Source: a virus. From it: a stretch of DNA of 64,000 nucleotides. Position 1 is the first letter of the stretch. The number at the start of each line of letters is the position of its first letter. Position numbers and translations under genes: made by a program. Location: positions 69,091 to 133,090 of IMG/VR virus record IMGVR_UViG_3300037493_005727; one strand, 5' to 3'. Below the pieces are notes generated by a model, which had not been told where the DNA came from, did no database searches, and worked only from the letters and a program-made list of their open reading frames with translations. Of this stretch, positions 42,871 to 53,016 are shown in pieces.

Positions 42871-44924
42871 GTAAGCACCTTTGCTTTAGCTACGGTTCGT
42901 TTGACGCTGCGCTGATAGATGCACGCGGGGTCGAAGATCTCCACCCCCGCCCGCAGACACCGCTCGTATCGCGGGCAGGTGGCGCAGACGATCTTGTTTG
43001 TCAGCATCGCGCTGAGGTCTCTCTTCTCACTCAAGGCGACGGCCTTGAAGTGGTCTACCGTCCCCGCCGCGATGAGGCGATAGACGAAGGTCTTCATCCG
43101 CTGCCCGGCCCTAAAATTTCTGTCGATGGCTTGAAGGTAGTGTCCCAACGACCATGGCAGAGCGTAGAAGATCATATACGCTGCGGAGTTCAGGGTGATG
43201 CCGACCCCCGTCGCAACATGACTCAAGTAGACGCGGCAGTCAGGCGTCAAGTTGAACTCGTCGATCCGTTTCTGGATGTTCCCTTCGCCGCCACGAACGT
43301 ATCCCAGTTTCTTCTTCTTGAGCAGCTCTTCGATGGCGTCAAGCTCAGCGTGGTACTGCCCCCAGATGATGACCTTCGACTTTTCGTTGGCCAGGATCTC
43401 ATCGAGCAGCCCCTCGAGGGCGTCGAGCTTCGGGTTCTCCTTCAGAGTGTTCAGCAGTCCTGGGGGCGCCTTCTGGACGACCTGACACTTCGCGGTGTAG
43501 GGCTGGATGTTGGAGTCAACGCACTTCACCAGGTGTTCACAGGTGTCGCAGAGGCCCGCTTTTTTCTGGCTGTCGATGATAAACGCCGAAGTCACCTGCG
43601 CCAGCTTGTTGAGGAGCACGGCCGCGTTCTGAACGGCGAGTGTGCTCTCGGAGGTGAAGAACTCCTGGAGGTCCGCGGACATCTCTTCGACCAGCTTGTT
43701 GTAGAGCTTCTTCTGCTCCCCGGAGAGTTCGATGGGGACGTCAATGATCGTACGCGGTGGAAGGTCTAGACACTCTTCCTTCGTCTTACGAATAGCGACG
43801 CGATTGACTCGCTCGTTCAGGATGTTGATGTTCTTGAACCCCGTAACGATTCTCTTGTTGTAGGGGTTCCTGGTTAAGAACATGTCAGAGAACTGAAGCC
43901 AGTCTTCCGGGATGATCGCAGGCGAAAGAAATTTCATCTGGGGATAGAGATGTCGCGGATCCCCCAGTGTCGGAGTCCCCGACATCAGGTACCTTCGCCG
44001 CGCCTTCTTTGATAGCGCTATGGCAGCCTTCGTTTGGTCCGCCCCAGAGTTGTTCAGATTCTGACTTTCATCGGCAGCGATGATCTGGAAGTCGATGTCC
44101 TTCAGCCACTGCGGGCTTTGTTTCGATTCGTCCGCGGCCCACTGGCAAACGTGTTTGATGGGTGCTCCGAGCGCCCAGGCCACTGCGAGCTCGAACTGCC
44201 GCTCGGGGTCCGAAAGAAAGCGTATCCCGTTGACCAACGTCTTGAGTGCGTTGGCGGTCAGCGGAACCCCGTTCTCATTCGCCTCCTTCAACGCTTTGAG
44301 GGTCGCGGGGTAGAGCCTCGGGTGCCCAAGGTTTCGAGCCGTTCCGTAGGAAGCTACGATTACGTCGTACTCCTTGTACCTGCGTATGATCTCCCTTTTT
44401 TGCTCAGGCGTGCCTGTGAGCGCGACCGCTTTGAGCTCACCCCCAGAGTGGAGCGCAGCTTCTCGCACCCAACCGGGAACGGTCACTTTTGGCGTTAGCA
44501 CCAGCATTCTGCTGCCGGGGAAGCACCGCTTCAGGTCGACCATGACCTTGGTCTTTCCGGTCCCGGGATCCCAGTAGAGGGCGAACCGCGGGTAGTTGAC
44601 GAGGTGCGACAGCCCGTCTATCTGGTGGTCGAAGGGCTTGGTGGCGAACGAGAAATGCTCGGGGAGGATGCGTTCTTTCAGCCGCTGTGGTACGTCTTGC
44701 AGCCAGGCAATCTGCTGCTCTGCCTCGGTGGAGAAGGCCACATCCTTCACCACTTTTTTGAGATCCTGTACGGCCAAGAGTCCAAATGGAGGGTAGGCTG
44801 GAAACATCCAACGCTTCTTCTCCACATCCAGACCCCCAGCGTGTACTCTCTCCAGCCCGGGGATCATCCCGGATGAGACGAAGACCGGGGTGCCATTCAC
44901 GGTCTCCAGTGAAATCAGGGGCAT
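42867..44924 (-). CDS. SNF2-family (SF2) helicase
   Basis: LYWDPGTGKT (motif I), IIAADESQNL (DExx box), MSGTPTLGDPRHLYPQMKFL (Snf2 motif III region), and a C-terminal helicase domain ...AGQRMKTFVYRLIAAGTVDH (motif VI-like). Confidence 0.8.
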   Translation of the reverse strand: MPLISLETVNGTPVFVSSGMIPGLERVHAGGLDVEKKRWMFPAYPPFGLLAVQDLKKVVKDVAFSTEAEQQIAWLQDVPQRLKERILPEHFSFATKPFDHQIDGLSHLVNYPRFALYWDPGTGKTKVMVDLKRCFPGSRMLVLTPKVTVPGWVREAALHSGGELKAVALTGTPEQKREIIRRYKEYDVIVASYGTARNLGHPRLYPATLKALKEANENGVPLTANALKTLVNGIRFLSDPERQFELAVAWALGAPIKHVCQWAADESKQSPQWLKDIDFQIIAADESQNLNNSGADQTKAAIALSKKARRRYLMSGTPTLGDPRHLYPQMKFLSPAIIPEDWLQFSDMFLTRNPYNKRIVTGFKNINILNERVNRVAIRKTKEECLDLPPRTIIDVPIELSGEQKKLYNKLVEEMSADLQEFFTSESTLAVQNAAVLLNKLAQVTSAFIIDSQKKAGLCDTCEHLVKCVDSNIQPYTAKCQVVQKAPPGLLNTLKENPKLDALEGLLDEILANEKSKVIIWGQYHAELDAIEELLKKKKLGYVRGGEGNIQKRIDEFNLTPDCRVYLSHVATGVGITLNSAAYMIFYALPWSLGHYLQAIDRNFRAGQRMKTFVYRLIAAGTVDHFKAVALSEKRDLSAMLTNKIVCATCPRYERCLRAGVEIFDPACIYQRSVKRTVAKAKVLT

Positions 44925-44967
44925 GCTATTCTCCTTAGCACAAGAACGTTTATCCGGCCAACATACT

Positions 44968-44980
44968 CTTTACGTGGTAC
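44968..44980 (+). promoter_or_regulatory. CTTTACGTGGTAC box upstream of portal-like gene
   Basis: acATACTCTTTACGTGGTACggtcacc, 35 nt before ATG 45015. Identical 13-mer at 58201-58213. Confidence 0.4.
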
Positions 44981-45014
44981 GGTCACCTAGATTTGGGAAC
45001 AATGAGGAACTCGA

Positions 45015-46745
45015 ATGGCTGACACCCCGAACAACGATGCGATGTCGGCCTTTGACAGAGCCGCCTCCCACCCGAACCCCGCCTTTGACTTTCTCACCGG
45101 ATTCGTTCCGAGGAAGCTCAAAGATCTTTTCAAATGGTGCGAGTACCTGCTGTACAACAGCGCCCACGTCTACGCCGCTCTGCGGAAGTTCGGTGAACTC
45201 GTAGTTACGGACATCGAGTACGGCACTTCCAACGAGGCGCTGCGTCGGAACTACCGACGTCTCTTCGAGAAGACACTAAAGATCAAGAGCGCCCTGTTGA
45301 TGGCCTCCCTAGACAAGCACGTCTACGGAAACCACTTCACGTCGATCTACAAGCCGTTCGTCCGAAGCCTCAAGTGTCCGAAGTGTCAGACGCTTACTTC
45401 GATCAACCACACCGACTACAAGTTCGAGTTGAAGCGTCTCTCTTTCACCTACTTCTGTACGCGCTGCAAGATAGAGGTGAAAGGCGCCGTCGTTGACCGG
45501 AAGATCCTCGCCGCCAGCAAGGTTCACATCATCCGCTGGGACCCCAAGCTGATGGACATCGACTACAACCCGATCACAGGCCAGTCGGTGTACTACTACA
45601 ACATTCCGCAGGACATCAAAGACCAGGTGAAGTCGGGGTCGAAGCACCTCATCAACTCCATGCCGATGGAGTTCCTCGAGAACATCCGGGACAACAAGAC
45701 GTTCCGCTTCGAGAAGGACGCACTGTTCCACATCAAGGTGCCGAGTCCCTCAGGCATCGACCAGCAGTGGGGCTTTCCTCCTCTCGCTTCGACCATCAAG
45801 CTGTTCCTCTACACCTTGGTCCTCCGCAAGGCGAACGAAGCCATCGCACTCGAGCACGTCGTGCCCATGCGCATCCTGCACCCGGCTCAGAACGGCCAGC
45901 AGGACTTCACGCAGATGATTTCTCTCGCCCGCTGGCAGGACGAGATGAAGACGAACATCCGGCGGTGGCGCCGTGACCCGCTACACATCATGATGGCCCC
46001 CGTTGCCCTCGGTGTGTCGAACCTGGGTGGCGACGGTCGAGCGATGCTCACCATCGGCGAGCTCCAGGAAGCAGAGAAGTCCATCATGGCTGCCCTCGGC
46101 ATCCCGCAGGAGTTCCTGTACGGCGGCCTCACTAAGGCAGGCATGGAGGCCACGCTTCGTCTGATTCAGAACCAGACGCAGGGCCACGCCGACGACATGA
46201 ACGACCTGCTCCAGTGGTACGCTGACCAGCTGGCGCGCTTCCTTGGATGGGAGAAGGTCGAGACCAAGCTCACGCAGCTCAAGATGGTGGACGACACCGA
46301 GTCGAAGCAGATGCTCATCAACATGGCGACGGGACAGGCAGGCCAGCAGTACGTCTCGATGACTACGGTGATGGAGAAGCTCGACATCGACCTCGACGAG
46401 GAACGCGAGAAGCGTCTGCAAGAGACTCTCGACGAGACTCGCCACCAGATGCGCGTGCAGAACGAGGTCAAGAAGCTCCAGAACAACCTGGCGCAGCAGG
46501 TCCAGAACCAAGCCAACATGGCTTCCGGTCTCAACTACGACCAGCAGGCAGTCATCGGCCAGGCAGACCAGATCGTGCAGCAGCTCATGGGCCTGGACCC
46601 TGGTTCGCGGCGTTCCCAAATGCACAGCCTCCAAGCCGAGGACGCCGTGATGTACGCAGTCGTCGTGCAGCGGCTCGAGGACATGCAGAACCAACAGGGC
46701 GCACAGGCGAAGGCACAAGCCAACGGCGCTCAGCCCCCGATGTAA
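45015..46745 (+). CDS. putative portal (head-tail connector) protein
   Basis: 576 aa. First gene of the rightward structural block. The Gln/Met-rich C-terminal tail resembles podovirus portal C-termini. Assignment is by architecture and position only. Confidence 0.4.
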   Translation: MADTPNNDAMSAFDRAASHPNPAFDFLTGFVPRKLKDLFKWCEYLLYNSAHVYAALRKFGELVVTDIEYGTSNEALRRNYRRLFEKTLKIKSALLMASLDKHVYGNHFTSIYKPFVRSLKCPKCQTLTSINHTDYKFELKRLSFTYFCTRCKIEVKGAVVDRKILAASKVHIIRWDPKLMDIDYNPITGQSVYYYNIPQDIKDQVKSGSKHLINSMPMEFLENIRDNKTFRFEKDALFHIKVPSPSGIDQQWGFPPLASTIKLFLYTLVLRKANEAIALEHVVPMRILHPAQNGQQDFTQMISLARWQDEMKTNIRRWRRDPLHIMMAPVALGVSNLGGDGRAMLTIGELQEAEKSIMAALGIPQEFLYGGLTKAGMEATLRLIQNQTQGHADDMNDLLQWYADQLARFLGWEKVETKLTQLKMVDDTESKQMLINMATGQAGQQYVSMTTVMEKLDIDLDEEREKRLQETLDETRHQMRVQNEVKKLQNNLAQQVQNQANMASGLNYDQQAVIGQADQIVQQLMGLDPGSRRSQMHSLQAEDAVMYAVVVQRLEDMQNQQGAQAKAQANGAQPPM

Positions 46746-46754
46746 GGATCCCGA

Positions 46755-47255
46755 ATGCCTCCTCCGAAATCAGACGCCGGGTCCGACTTCGCGTCGGTCC
46801 TCAATGCTGCGATGCAGATCCCTGAGGGGTTCGAGACCAAGGGGACAGACCTTCCTGATGGTTTCCCTCTTCCTCGACAGGGGTCCCACCGGACCGTAGA
46901 CACCACTGACGAGGGGATCCCCGGAGTCACGGCGTTCGACTTCAAGATTCACCGCAAGGTCTTTACTATCTTCCGTCCGTGGGACAACTGTGCCCGCTGC
47001 GGGCAAGATATCGCGGGCGGGGCGGTAACCCTACCGGATAGTGGCGACCACGAGTGTCCGCACACCGCCCTGGACGAGTACGAGACCATCGTCAACGACA
47101 TCCTCGCGGGCAAAATGATCTTCGGATCTGAGCAGGAAATCACGCAGAAGGACGGAAGCGTTCTCGTCTCTCTTCGTTGGTACGAAAAAATTCCGTCGAA
47201 GAAAAAGAAACCGCAAGTCCGTGTGGACGGAACGGTCGAAGAGTCTGATCTCTGA
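46755..47255 (+). CDS. hypothetical protein
   Basis: 166-aa ORF. Confidence 0.45.
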   Translation: MPPPKSDAGSDFASVLNAAMQIPEGFETKGTDLPDGFPLPRQGSHRTVDTTDEGIPGVTAFDFKIHRKVFTIFRPWDNCARCGQDIAGGAVTLPDSGDHECPHTALDEYETIVNDILAGKMIFGSEQEITQKDGSVLVSLRWYEKIPSKKKKPQVRVDGTVEESDL

Positions 47256-47271
47256 CCCCCACCAAGACTCC

Positions 47272-47296
47272 CCCGCGAGACGCACATCCTCGCGGG
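47272..47296. terminator. bidirectional stem-loop terminator between convergent genes
   Basis: CCCGCGAG-acgcacatc-CTCGCGGG (8-bp GC stem). The only strong hairpin in the 47256-47361 convergent gap. Confidence 0.5.
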
Positions 47297-47361
47297 AGAG
47301 CCGCCTTGGTCTTAAACCCGGAACAGAATCCGAGCGACCAAAGCCACGTACCTGATGTTCA

Positions 47362-48093
47362 TTAGGTGGCTGGTGCCTCTGACGCTTTCGTCAGCGCCTC
47401 AAAGGGTGGTAGCGACGGCACTTCCTTGCCGCCCCTCTTAGGTGTCTTGATCTTGTTGATCTTCGCGGCAGGGCCCGTCTTGGGAGACGCGATCTGGGGC
47501 ACCTGCTTCTGCGCCTGCTGCTGCGCCTTCCACCGAGTAACGTCTTTCTGGTGGCAGGCGTAGCACTTGCGGCGTCGGACATGCTTCTTGTACTTCTTGA
47601 GTCCCGACGCGACTTCCCGGACCGTCACGACGATCGCCTTGTCGCTTCCGCAGGGCTGGCAGAAGTACTGATACACTTCCGCAGACCCGGACAGCGTTCC
47701 GGCGTCGAACTGATCGACGATGGTCTTACGCCCCTCTGGCGTGTCCCAGCGCTCGATGTAGTCGAATGCCATTCGTCGCAGAGGAACGAGGCACTCGCAC
47801 AACGGGTACTCCGGGTGGAAGCCCAGCACCTTATCCGCAGGCACGGGGTCCTTCTTCGTACCGCAGAAGAAGCACTTCGTTCCGGCGCACCGGATCGCGG
47901 CTTCTTCGGCGTAAGCGGGAAGCCGAGACATCGGCAGCCCTGTCTTCGCCCACCTCCGCGGCTCATCCACCGCGCAGATGATTGCCTCCTTCAATTCCGG
48001 AACGGACGGTCCCGGCTTGAAGGATTCCTTCAAGACCACTTTCGTGGTCTTCTTCTTCTTCGTCACGGCCTTCTTCTTCACGGCCTTCTGCAT
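47362..48093 (-). CDS. lysine-rich zinc-finger DNA-binding-like protein
   Basis: 243 aa, poly-Lys at both ends, CFFCG...CEC...CQPCG...CYACH Cys pairs. A lone minus-strand gene between plus-strand blocks, just upstream of the RNAP gene. Confidence 0.5.
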   Translation of the reverse strand: MQKAVKKKAVTKKKKTTKVVLKESFKPGPSVPELKEAIICAVDEPRRWAKTGLPMSRLPAYAEEAAIRCAGTKCFFCGTKKDPVPADKVLGFHPEYPLCECLVPLRRMAFDYIERWDTPEGRKTIVDQFDAGTLSGSAEVYQYFCQPCGSDKAIVVTVREVASGLKKYKKHVRRRKCYACHQKDVTRWKAQQQAQKQVPQIASPKTGPAAKINKIKTPKRGGKEVPSLPPFEALTKASEAPAT

Positions 48094-48185
48094 GGTATAC
48101 CCCTCGATGGTAATGGTTGCCCGAGGTGCGACCCCGGGTGTAATGAGTCCCTAGATTGCGACTCAACTACTGATACCAAATAAGG

Positions 48186-48194
48186 GGCTATACT
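48186..48194 (+). promoter_or_regulatory. CTATACT box 7 nt upstream of RNAP gene ATG (leaderless-type promoter)
   Basis: aaggGGCTATACTtacggacATG. Confidence 0.45.
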
Positions 48195-48201
48195 TACGGA
48201 C

Positions 48202-51200
48202 ATGGCGCTGACATCCGTGCTCACCGATGCCGAGTCCCGGCGGACTCAAATCCGAGCGAAAGCGCTTGAGGCGCTCCGCGCCGCCTTTCCCTTGCCCCTT
48301 AGGGACAAGCAGATCCAAGTCTCTGATCTGCAGGTCCACCACAAAGACTACGGGCCGAACGACCAGAAGCAGGCGCTGCTCAGCGGCGGATCCCTCTTCG
48401 AGCCCGTCAAGGGGACCATCACTCTTCGAGGCGCTGACGGCAAAGAGATCGAGAAGGTAAAAGGTTTTACCTTGCTCAACCTCCCGTTCTTCACTGGGCG
48501 GCACACCTTCATCTTGGACGGCAACGAGTACAACGTCTCAAACCAGCTCCGTCTGAAGCCGGGCGTGTACACTCGACGGCGAGGAAACGAAGAGCTCGAA
48601 GCGGCCTTCAACCTTTCGAAGGGGGCTAACTTTCGGTTGTCCCTGGACCCCGCCCAAGGGCACCCGTACGTCGAGTACGGAACTACCGCCATTCCGCTTT
48701 ACTCAGTATTGCGGAAGTTGGGAGTCCCGCACGCAGACATCTCGTCGCACTGGGGATCCGATGTAGCGGGGCAGAACGAGGCTGCGTTCGCAGGGAAGCA
48801 CGACAAGCACCTCGCCAAGCTCTACGAGAAAGTGACGCATCCGTCCAAGCGCACGGCCACCAACCCTGAGACGCAACTAGAGGCAGTGCGCGCCGCTTAC
48901 GCTGCGACCGCGATGGACCCTGAGGTCAACAAGGAGACTCTGGGGCACGAGTTCTCGTCGGTCACCCCTCAGGCGCTGCTGGTTGCGTCGAAGCGCCTCC
49001 TCAACGTCTACAAGAACAACGCCCCTGTAGATGATCGTGACGCTCTGCAATTCAAGACCTATCACTCGGTCGACGACTTCATCAAAGAGCGCATCACTCT
49101 CGACGCCCGAGCCCTGGCCAGCAAGGTGAAAGGGCGGGCGACGCACAAGACCGGGCTCCGAGAAATCCTCCCGTCGTCGCCTTTCTCTGGTGGCATCCGG
49201 AGCTTCCTCACCGGCTCACAGCTGAGCTCGATTCCGACGCACATCAACCCGATGGAGGCCATTGATCACGCCGTTAGGGTTACTTCTCTGGGTGAAGGCG
49301 GCATTGCCAACGAACGGGCAATCCCCGCAGAAGCCCGAACCATCCACTCAAGCCATCTCGGTATCCTGGACCCGATTCGTACCTCAGAGTCGTTCCGTGC
49401 AGGCATCGACATCCGTACGGCATTCGGGGCTCATCGGGATGAGCGAGGGAATCTGTACACGATGGTAAAGGATGTGAAAACAGGTAAGGGGGTCATGCTC
49501 TCGGCGTCTGAGATGTCTAGCGCCGTGGTGGCATTCCCGAAGCAGAAGATGTCTGGGATGATCGCCGCGATGGACAAGGGAGAAGTCGCTCACGTCCCTG
49601 CGTCCAAGGTGACCCACGAACTCTACGACGCTGCTCAGCTCTACTCTCCCGCGACGAACCTCGTACCCTTCCTCGAGTCTGTTCAGGGGAACCGTGGAAT
49701 CATGGGCGGCAAGGTTCAGACGCAGGCTCTACCGCTCGTTCACAGAGAAGCTCCCCTCGTACAGTCGGGGGTCTCTTCATCGGACAAGAACGGACAAAGC
49801 ATCAGCTGGGAGCGGCAGCTCGCTCACCTCGCGCTCCCCGTTTCTCCCGTTGCAGGGAAGGTAGTGAAGATCGACGGGCAGTACATCTACATCGACCCGT
49901 CTGGGAAGAAGCACGCTGAGGACTTCGGGATCGAGAAGAACTCGTTCGAGAAGCGCGGCGGGGCAGTCAAACGACAGAAGACCATCAAAGGACTTTGCTT
50001 CAAGCTTGAGCTCGAGCCTGGAGACATCCGCTCTGGCGTATCCCCCGAAGGTAAGAAGTGGGAGAAGAAGATGTCCCTCGCCTACGGGCACATTCCCAAG
50101 ACGGTTGGGGATGACGGCGAGACCGTAGACATCTACTTGAAGGAAGATGGCGTCTTCGATCACGTGTACGTTGTTCGTCAGAAGAAGCGCGACGGATCAC
50201 ACGATGAAGATAAGTGCATGGTGGGGTTCGACTCGAAGGACGCCGCGAAAGACGCCTACGAGAAGCACGGACCGGAATGGGGTTACGGGTCGTTGGAAGA
50301 GTATACCTGGGATGAGTTCCAGGACGACTACCTTTCAGAGCGGCAGCGCGAGAAGGCCGCTGCTGAGAAGGATCTCGTACGCGTTCCGTATGACAGCAAC
50401 TTGCCTTTCGCGTCCAAGACCTATCTACACCACGATCTCTTAGTGAAGCCGGGGGACCACGTCACCGCTGACCAGCATCTCGCTGAGTCCAACTTCACGC
50501 GGGACGGCGCCTTTGCTCTGGGCCGCAACATGACCATCGGGTACATCCCTTACTACGGGATGAACTCGAACGACGCTGTCGTCATTTCGGAGGGCGCTGC
50601 GGACAAGCTCACGTCTGAGCACATGTACAAGGAGATCGTTGAAGTCGAGAGGGACGCAATCGTGGGGCGCGACGTCCACCAGCAGTACTACGGGCCCAAG
50701 TACACCGCGGAACAGTACCGCAAGCTCGACGCCAACGGCGTAGTACGCAAGGGCATGAAGGTGATGCCTCACGACATCCTGATCGCCGGAGTTACCAAAG
50801 GAAAACTTTCCGCGTCAGACGCCCTGCTAGGCAACCTGAAGAAGACTCTGGTTCACCCCTATCGCGAGCTCGTTCGCACCTGGGATCACGACTACGAGGG
50901 GGACGTCATCGACGTGCACGTCACAGACAAGCGCGTCGTGGTGACCGTTAGGACGAAAGAGCCGATGCGCGTCGGCGACAAGCTCACGGGACGGCACGGA
51001 AACAAGGGCGTTGTTTCCATGATCGTACCGGACCACAAGATGCTTCAGGATGAGAAGGGTAAGCCGCTCGAGGTGCTCTACACCTCAGCAGGCGTCATCT
51101 CGCGTATCAACCCGGCGCAGATTCTTGAAACGGTGGTAGCCAAGGTCGCCAAGAAGATTGGGAAGCCCATCATCGTTGAGAACTTCTCGGGGAGGGACAA

Positions 51201-53016
51201 CGTGCAGTGGGCGAAGGACTTGCTCAAAGAGCACGGGGTCAAGGACAAGGAAACGCTTTTCGACCCTGTCTCTGGGAAGAAGATCCCCGGCATTCTGGTT
51301 GGGCCGCAGTTCGTGCTCCGCTTGTTCAAAACCACGGAGACTAACTTCGCAGCCCGCGGCACGGGGGCCTACGACGTCAACCAGCAGCCCATCAAAGGCG
51401 GAGACGAGGGCGCAAAGGCCGTCGGCAAGATGGAGTTCAATGCACTGGTTGCGCACAACGCCCGTAACGTGCTGCGAGAGACAGCGACGATCAAGAGTCA
51501 GAAGAACGACGAGTTCTGGCGCTGCGTCCAGTTGGGGCTACCGCTCCCTCCGCTGAAGTCTTCGTTCGCCTACGACAAGTTCGTGGGAATGCTCCACGGG
51601 GCAGGAGTGAAAGTGGACACCCGGGGGAGTGTGAGCACTCTGTCTCCTTTGACGGACCACGACATCCTGAAGATGTCCTCCGGCGCGATTCAGAACGAGA
51701 AGCTGGTTCGGGCCAAGGATCTCGCCCCTGAGCGCGGAGGCTTGTTCGACCCGGCGGTGACGGGCGGGACCGTCGGTACCCGCTGGAGCCACATCGAGCT
51801 CGCCGAGCCCATCATCAACCCCATCTTCGCTGACCCCGCTCGCCGTTTGCTCGGGATGACGTTGAAGGAGTTCGACAAGTTTCACCACGACAATGGTGGG
51901 GCGCAGATCAAGAAAAAGCTAAACGCCATCAACGTGAGTGGGCGTATCGACGAGCTGCGGAGCTCCATCAAGAAGTTGAACGGGGTGAAGCTCGACGACG
52001 CAGTGAAGCAGCTCAAGTTCCTAGAGGCTCTGCACCGGCAGAAGCTCCAGCCTGGGGACGCCTACGTGCTGTCCAAGCTCCCAGTTCTGCCTCCGCTCAT
52101 GCGTCCGATCCTCCCAGGAAAGAGCGGGTCTGAGCTCGTCGTAGGGGATTCGAACTACCTCTACCAGAGCGCCATGCTCCACAACCGCTCACTCCAGCGG
52201 CAGGTCGACTCTCCTGTTCTCCCCCCCGATGAGCACGCCAAGCTGCGGCAGAATCTCTTCAACGCAGTGGGCGCCGTCGTCGGAACGCACGAGTCCGACA
52301 ACCCCAAGCTCTTGAAGCGCAACGTGAAGGGTCTGCTCGAGCACCTCACGGGGAAGACGACTCCGAAGAGCAGCTACTTCCAGAAGAAGATCATGAAGCG
52401 GCAGCAGGACATCTCCGGGCGCGGAACCATCGCTCCTGACGGGTCCTTGGGCATGGACGAGATCGGTCTCCCAGAAGACATGCTCTGGGGGATGTACGGG
52501 AAGTTCGTAATCGCTCGTTTGGTTCGTCGAGGCTTTGGCGCCGTCGCTGCGAAGGAGATGGTGGAGAAGAAGCACCCCGCGGCGCACGACGCGCTGATGG
52601 CCGAGCTCAAAGAACGCCCCGTGATGGTGAACCGCGCCCCCACACTGCATCGGTACGGCTTTGTTGGCGCCAACCCTGTGCCCGTGGCGGGTAAGACGAT
52701 CCGGGTGAACCCCTTCATCGAGCTCGGAATGAACGCCGACTATGACGGCGACACCTTCCAGATTCACGTCCCAGTTCTTCCTGGGGCCGTGCAAGAGGTG
52801 AAGGGGATGACTCTCTCCAATCTTCTCTTCTCTGACCGAGAGAAGGATAGCTTGATGGTCGCTCCCCGCATGGAGGCTATGCTAGGAGTTCACCTGGCTT
52901 CCAAAGCAGAAGGATCTGCCAACGGGCAGACTCACAAGTACAAAACGAAGGCGGACGCCATGGCAGCATACAAACGTGGTGAGATCACGCTCAGCTCGAA
53001 GGTAGAGGTAGGCTAA
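48202..53016 (+). CDS. fused multisubunit RNA polymerase beta subunit + N-terminal half of beta' subunit
   Basis: 1604 aa. Beta: ...SLGEGGIANERAIPAEARTIHSSHLGILDPIRTSESFRAGIDIRTA, LVPFLESVQGNRGIMGGKVQTQALPLV, MRVGDKLTGRHGNKGVVSMI, GKMEFNALVAHNARNVLRETATIKSQKND. Beta'-N: HIELAEPIINPIF, MVNRAPTLHRYGF, NADYDGDTFQIHVPV (the catalytic Mg triad). The usual N-terminal beta' zinc-finger cysteines are absent. Confidence 0.9.
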   Translation: MALTSVLTDAESRRTQIRAKALEALRAAFPLPLRDKQIQVSDLQVHHKDYGPNDQKQALLSGGSLFEPVKGTITLRGADGKEIEKVKGFTLLNLPFFTGRHTFILDGNEYNVSNQLRLKPGVYTRRRGNEELEAAFNLSKGANFRLSLDPAQGHPYVEYGTTAIPLYSVLRKLGVPHADISSHWGSDVAGQNEAAFAGKHDKHLAKLYEKVTHPSKRTATNPETQLEAVRAAYAATAMDPEVNKETLGHEFSSVTPQALLVASKRLLNVYKNNAPVDDRDALQFKTYHSVDDFIKERITLDARALASKVKGRATHKTGLREILPSSPFSGGIRSFLTGSQLSSIPTHINPMEAIDHAVRVTSLGEGGIANERAIPAEARTIHSSHLGILDPIRTSESFRAGIDIRTAFGAHRDERGNLYTMVKDVKTGKGVMLSASEMSSAVVAFPKQKMSGMIAAMDKGEVAHVPASKVTHELYDAAQLYSPATNLVPFLESVQGNRGIMGGKVQTQALPLVHREAPLVQSGVSSSDKNGQSISWERQLAHLALPVSPVAGKVVKIDGQYIYIDPSGKKHAEDFGIEKNSFEKRGGAVKRQKTIKGLCFKLELEPGDIRSGVSPEGKKWEKKMSLAYGHIPKTVGDDGETVDIYLKEDGVFDHVYVVRQKKRDGSHDEDKCMVGFDSKDAAKDAYEKHGPEWGYGSLEEYTWDEFQDDYLSERQREKAAAEKDLVRVPYDSNLPFASKTYLHHDLLVKPGDHVTADQHLAESNFTRDGAFALGRNMTIGYIPYYGMNSNDAVVISEGAADKLTSEHMYKEIVEVERDAIVGRDVHQQYYGPKYTAEQYRKLDANGVVRKGMKVMPHDILIAGVTKGKLSASDALLGNLKKTLVHPYRELVRTWDHDYEGDVIDVHVTDKRVVVTVRTKEPMRVGDKLTGRHGNKGVVSMIVPDHKMLQDEKGKPLEVLYTSAGVISRINPAQILETVVAKVAKKIGKPIIVENFSGRDNVQWAKDLLKEHGVKDKETLFDPVSGKKIPGILVGPQFVLRLFKTTETNFAARGTGAYDVNQQPIKGGDEGAKAVGKMEFNALVAHNARNVLRETATIKSQKNDEFWRCVQLGLPLPPLKSSFAYDKFVGMLHGAGVKVDTRGSVSTLSPLTDHDILKMSSGAIQNEKLVRAKDLAPERGGLFDPAVTGGTVGTRWSHIELAEPIINPIFADPARRLLGMTLKEFDKFHHDNGGAQIKKKLNAINVSGRIDELRSSIKKLNGVKLDDAVKQLKFLEALHRQKLQPGDAYVLSKLPVLPPLMRPILPGKSGSELVVGDSNYLYQSAMLHNRSLQRQVDSPVLPPDEHAKLRQNLFNAVGAVVGTHESDNPKLLKRNVKGLLEHLTGKTTPKSSYFQKKIMKRQQDISGRGTIAPDGSLGMDEIGLPEDMLWGMYGKFVIARLVRRGFGAVAAKEMVEKKHPAAHDALMAELKERPVMVNRAPTLHRYGFVGANPVPVAGKTIRVNPFIELGMNADYDGDTFQIHVPVLPGAVQEVKGMTLSNLLFSDREKDSLMVAPRMEAMLGVHLASKAEGSANGQTHKYKTKADAMAAYKRGEITLSSKVEVG

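Noticed and set aside
45981-46718. 245-aa minus-strand ORF
   Set aside because: Leu/His/Val-rich shadow opposite the portal-like gene.
52189-52794. 201-aa minus-strand ORF inside the RNAP gene
   Set aside because: Shadow ORF; the plus-strand product has unmistakable RpoB/RpoC motifs.
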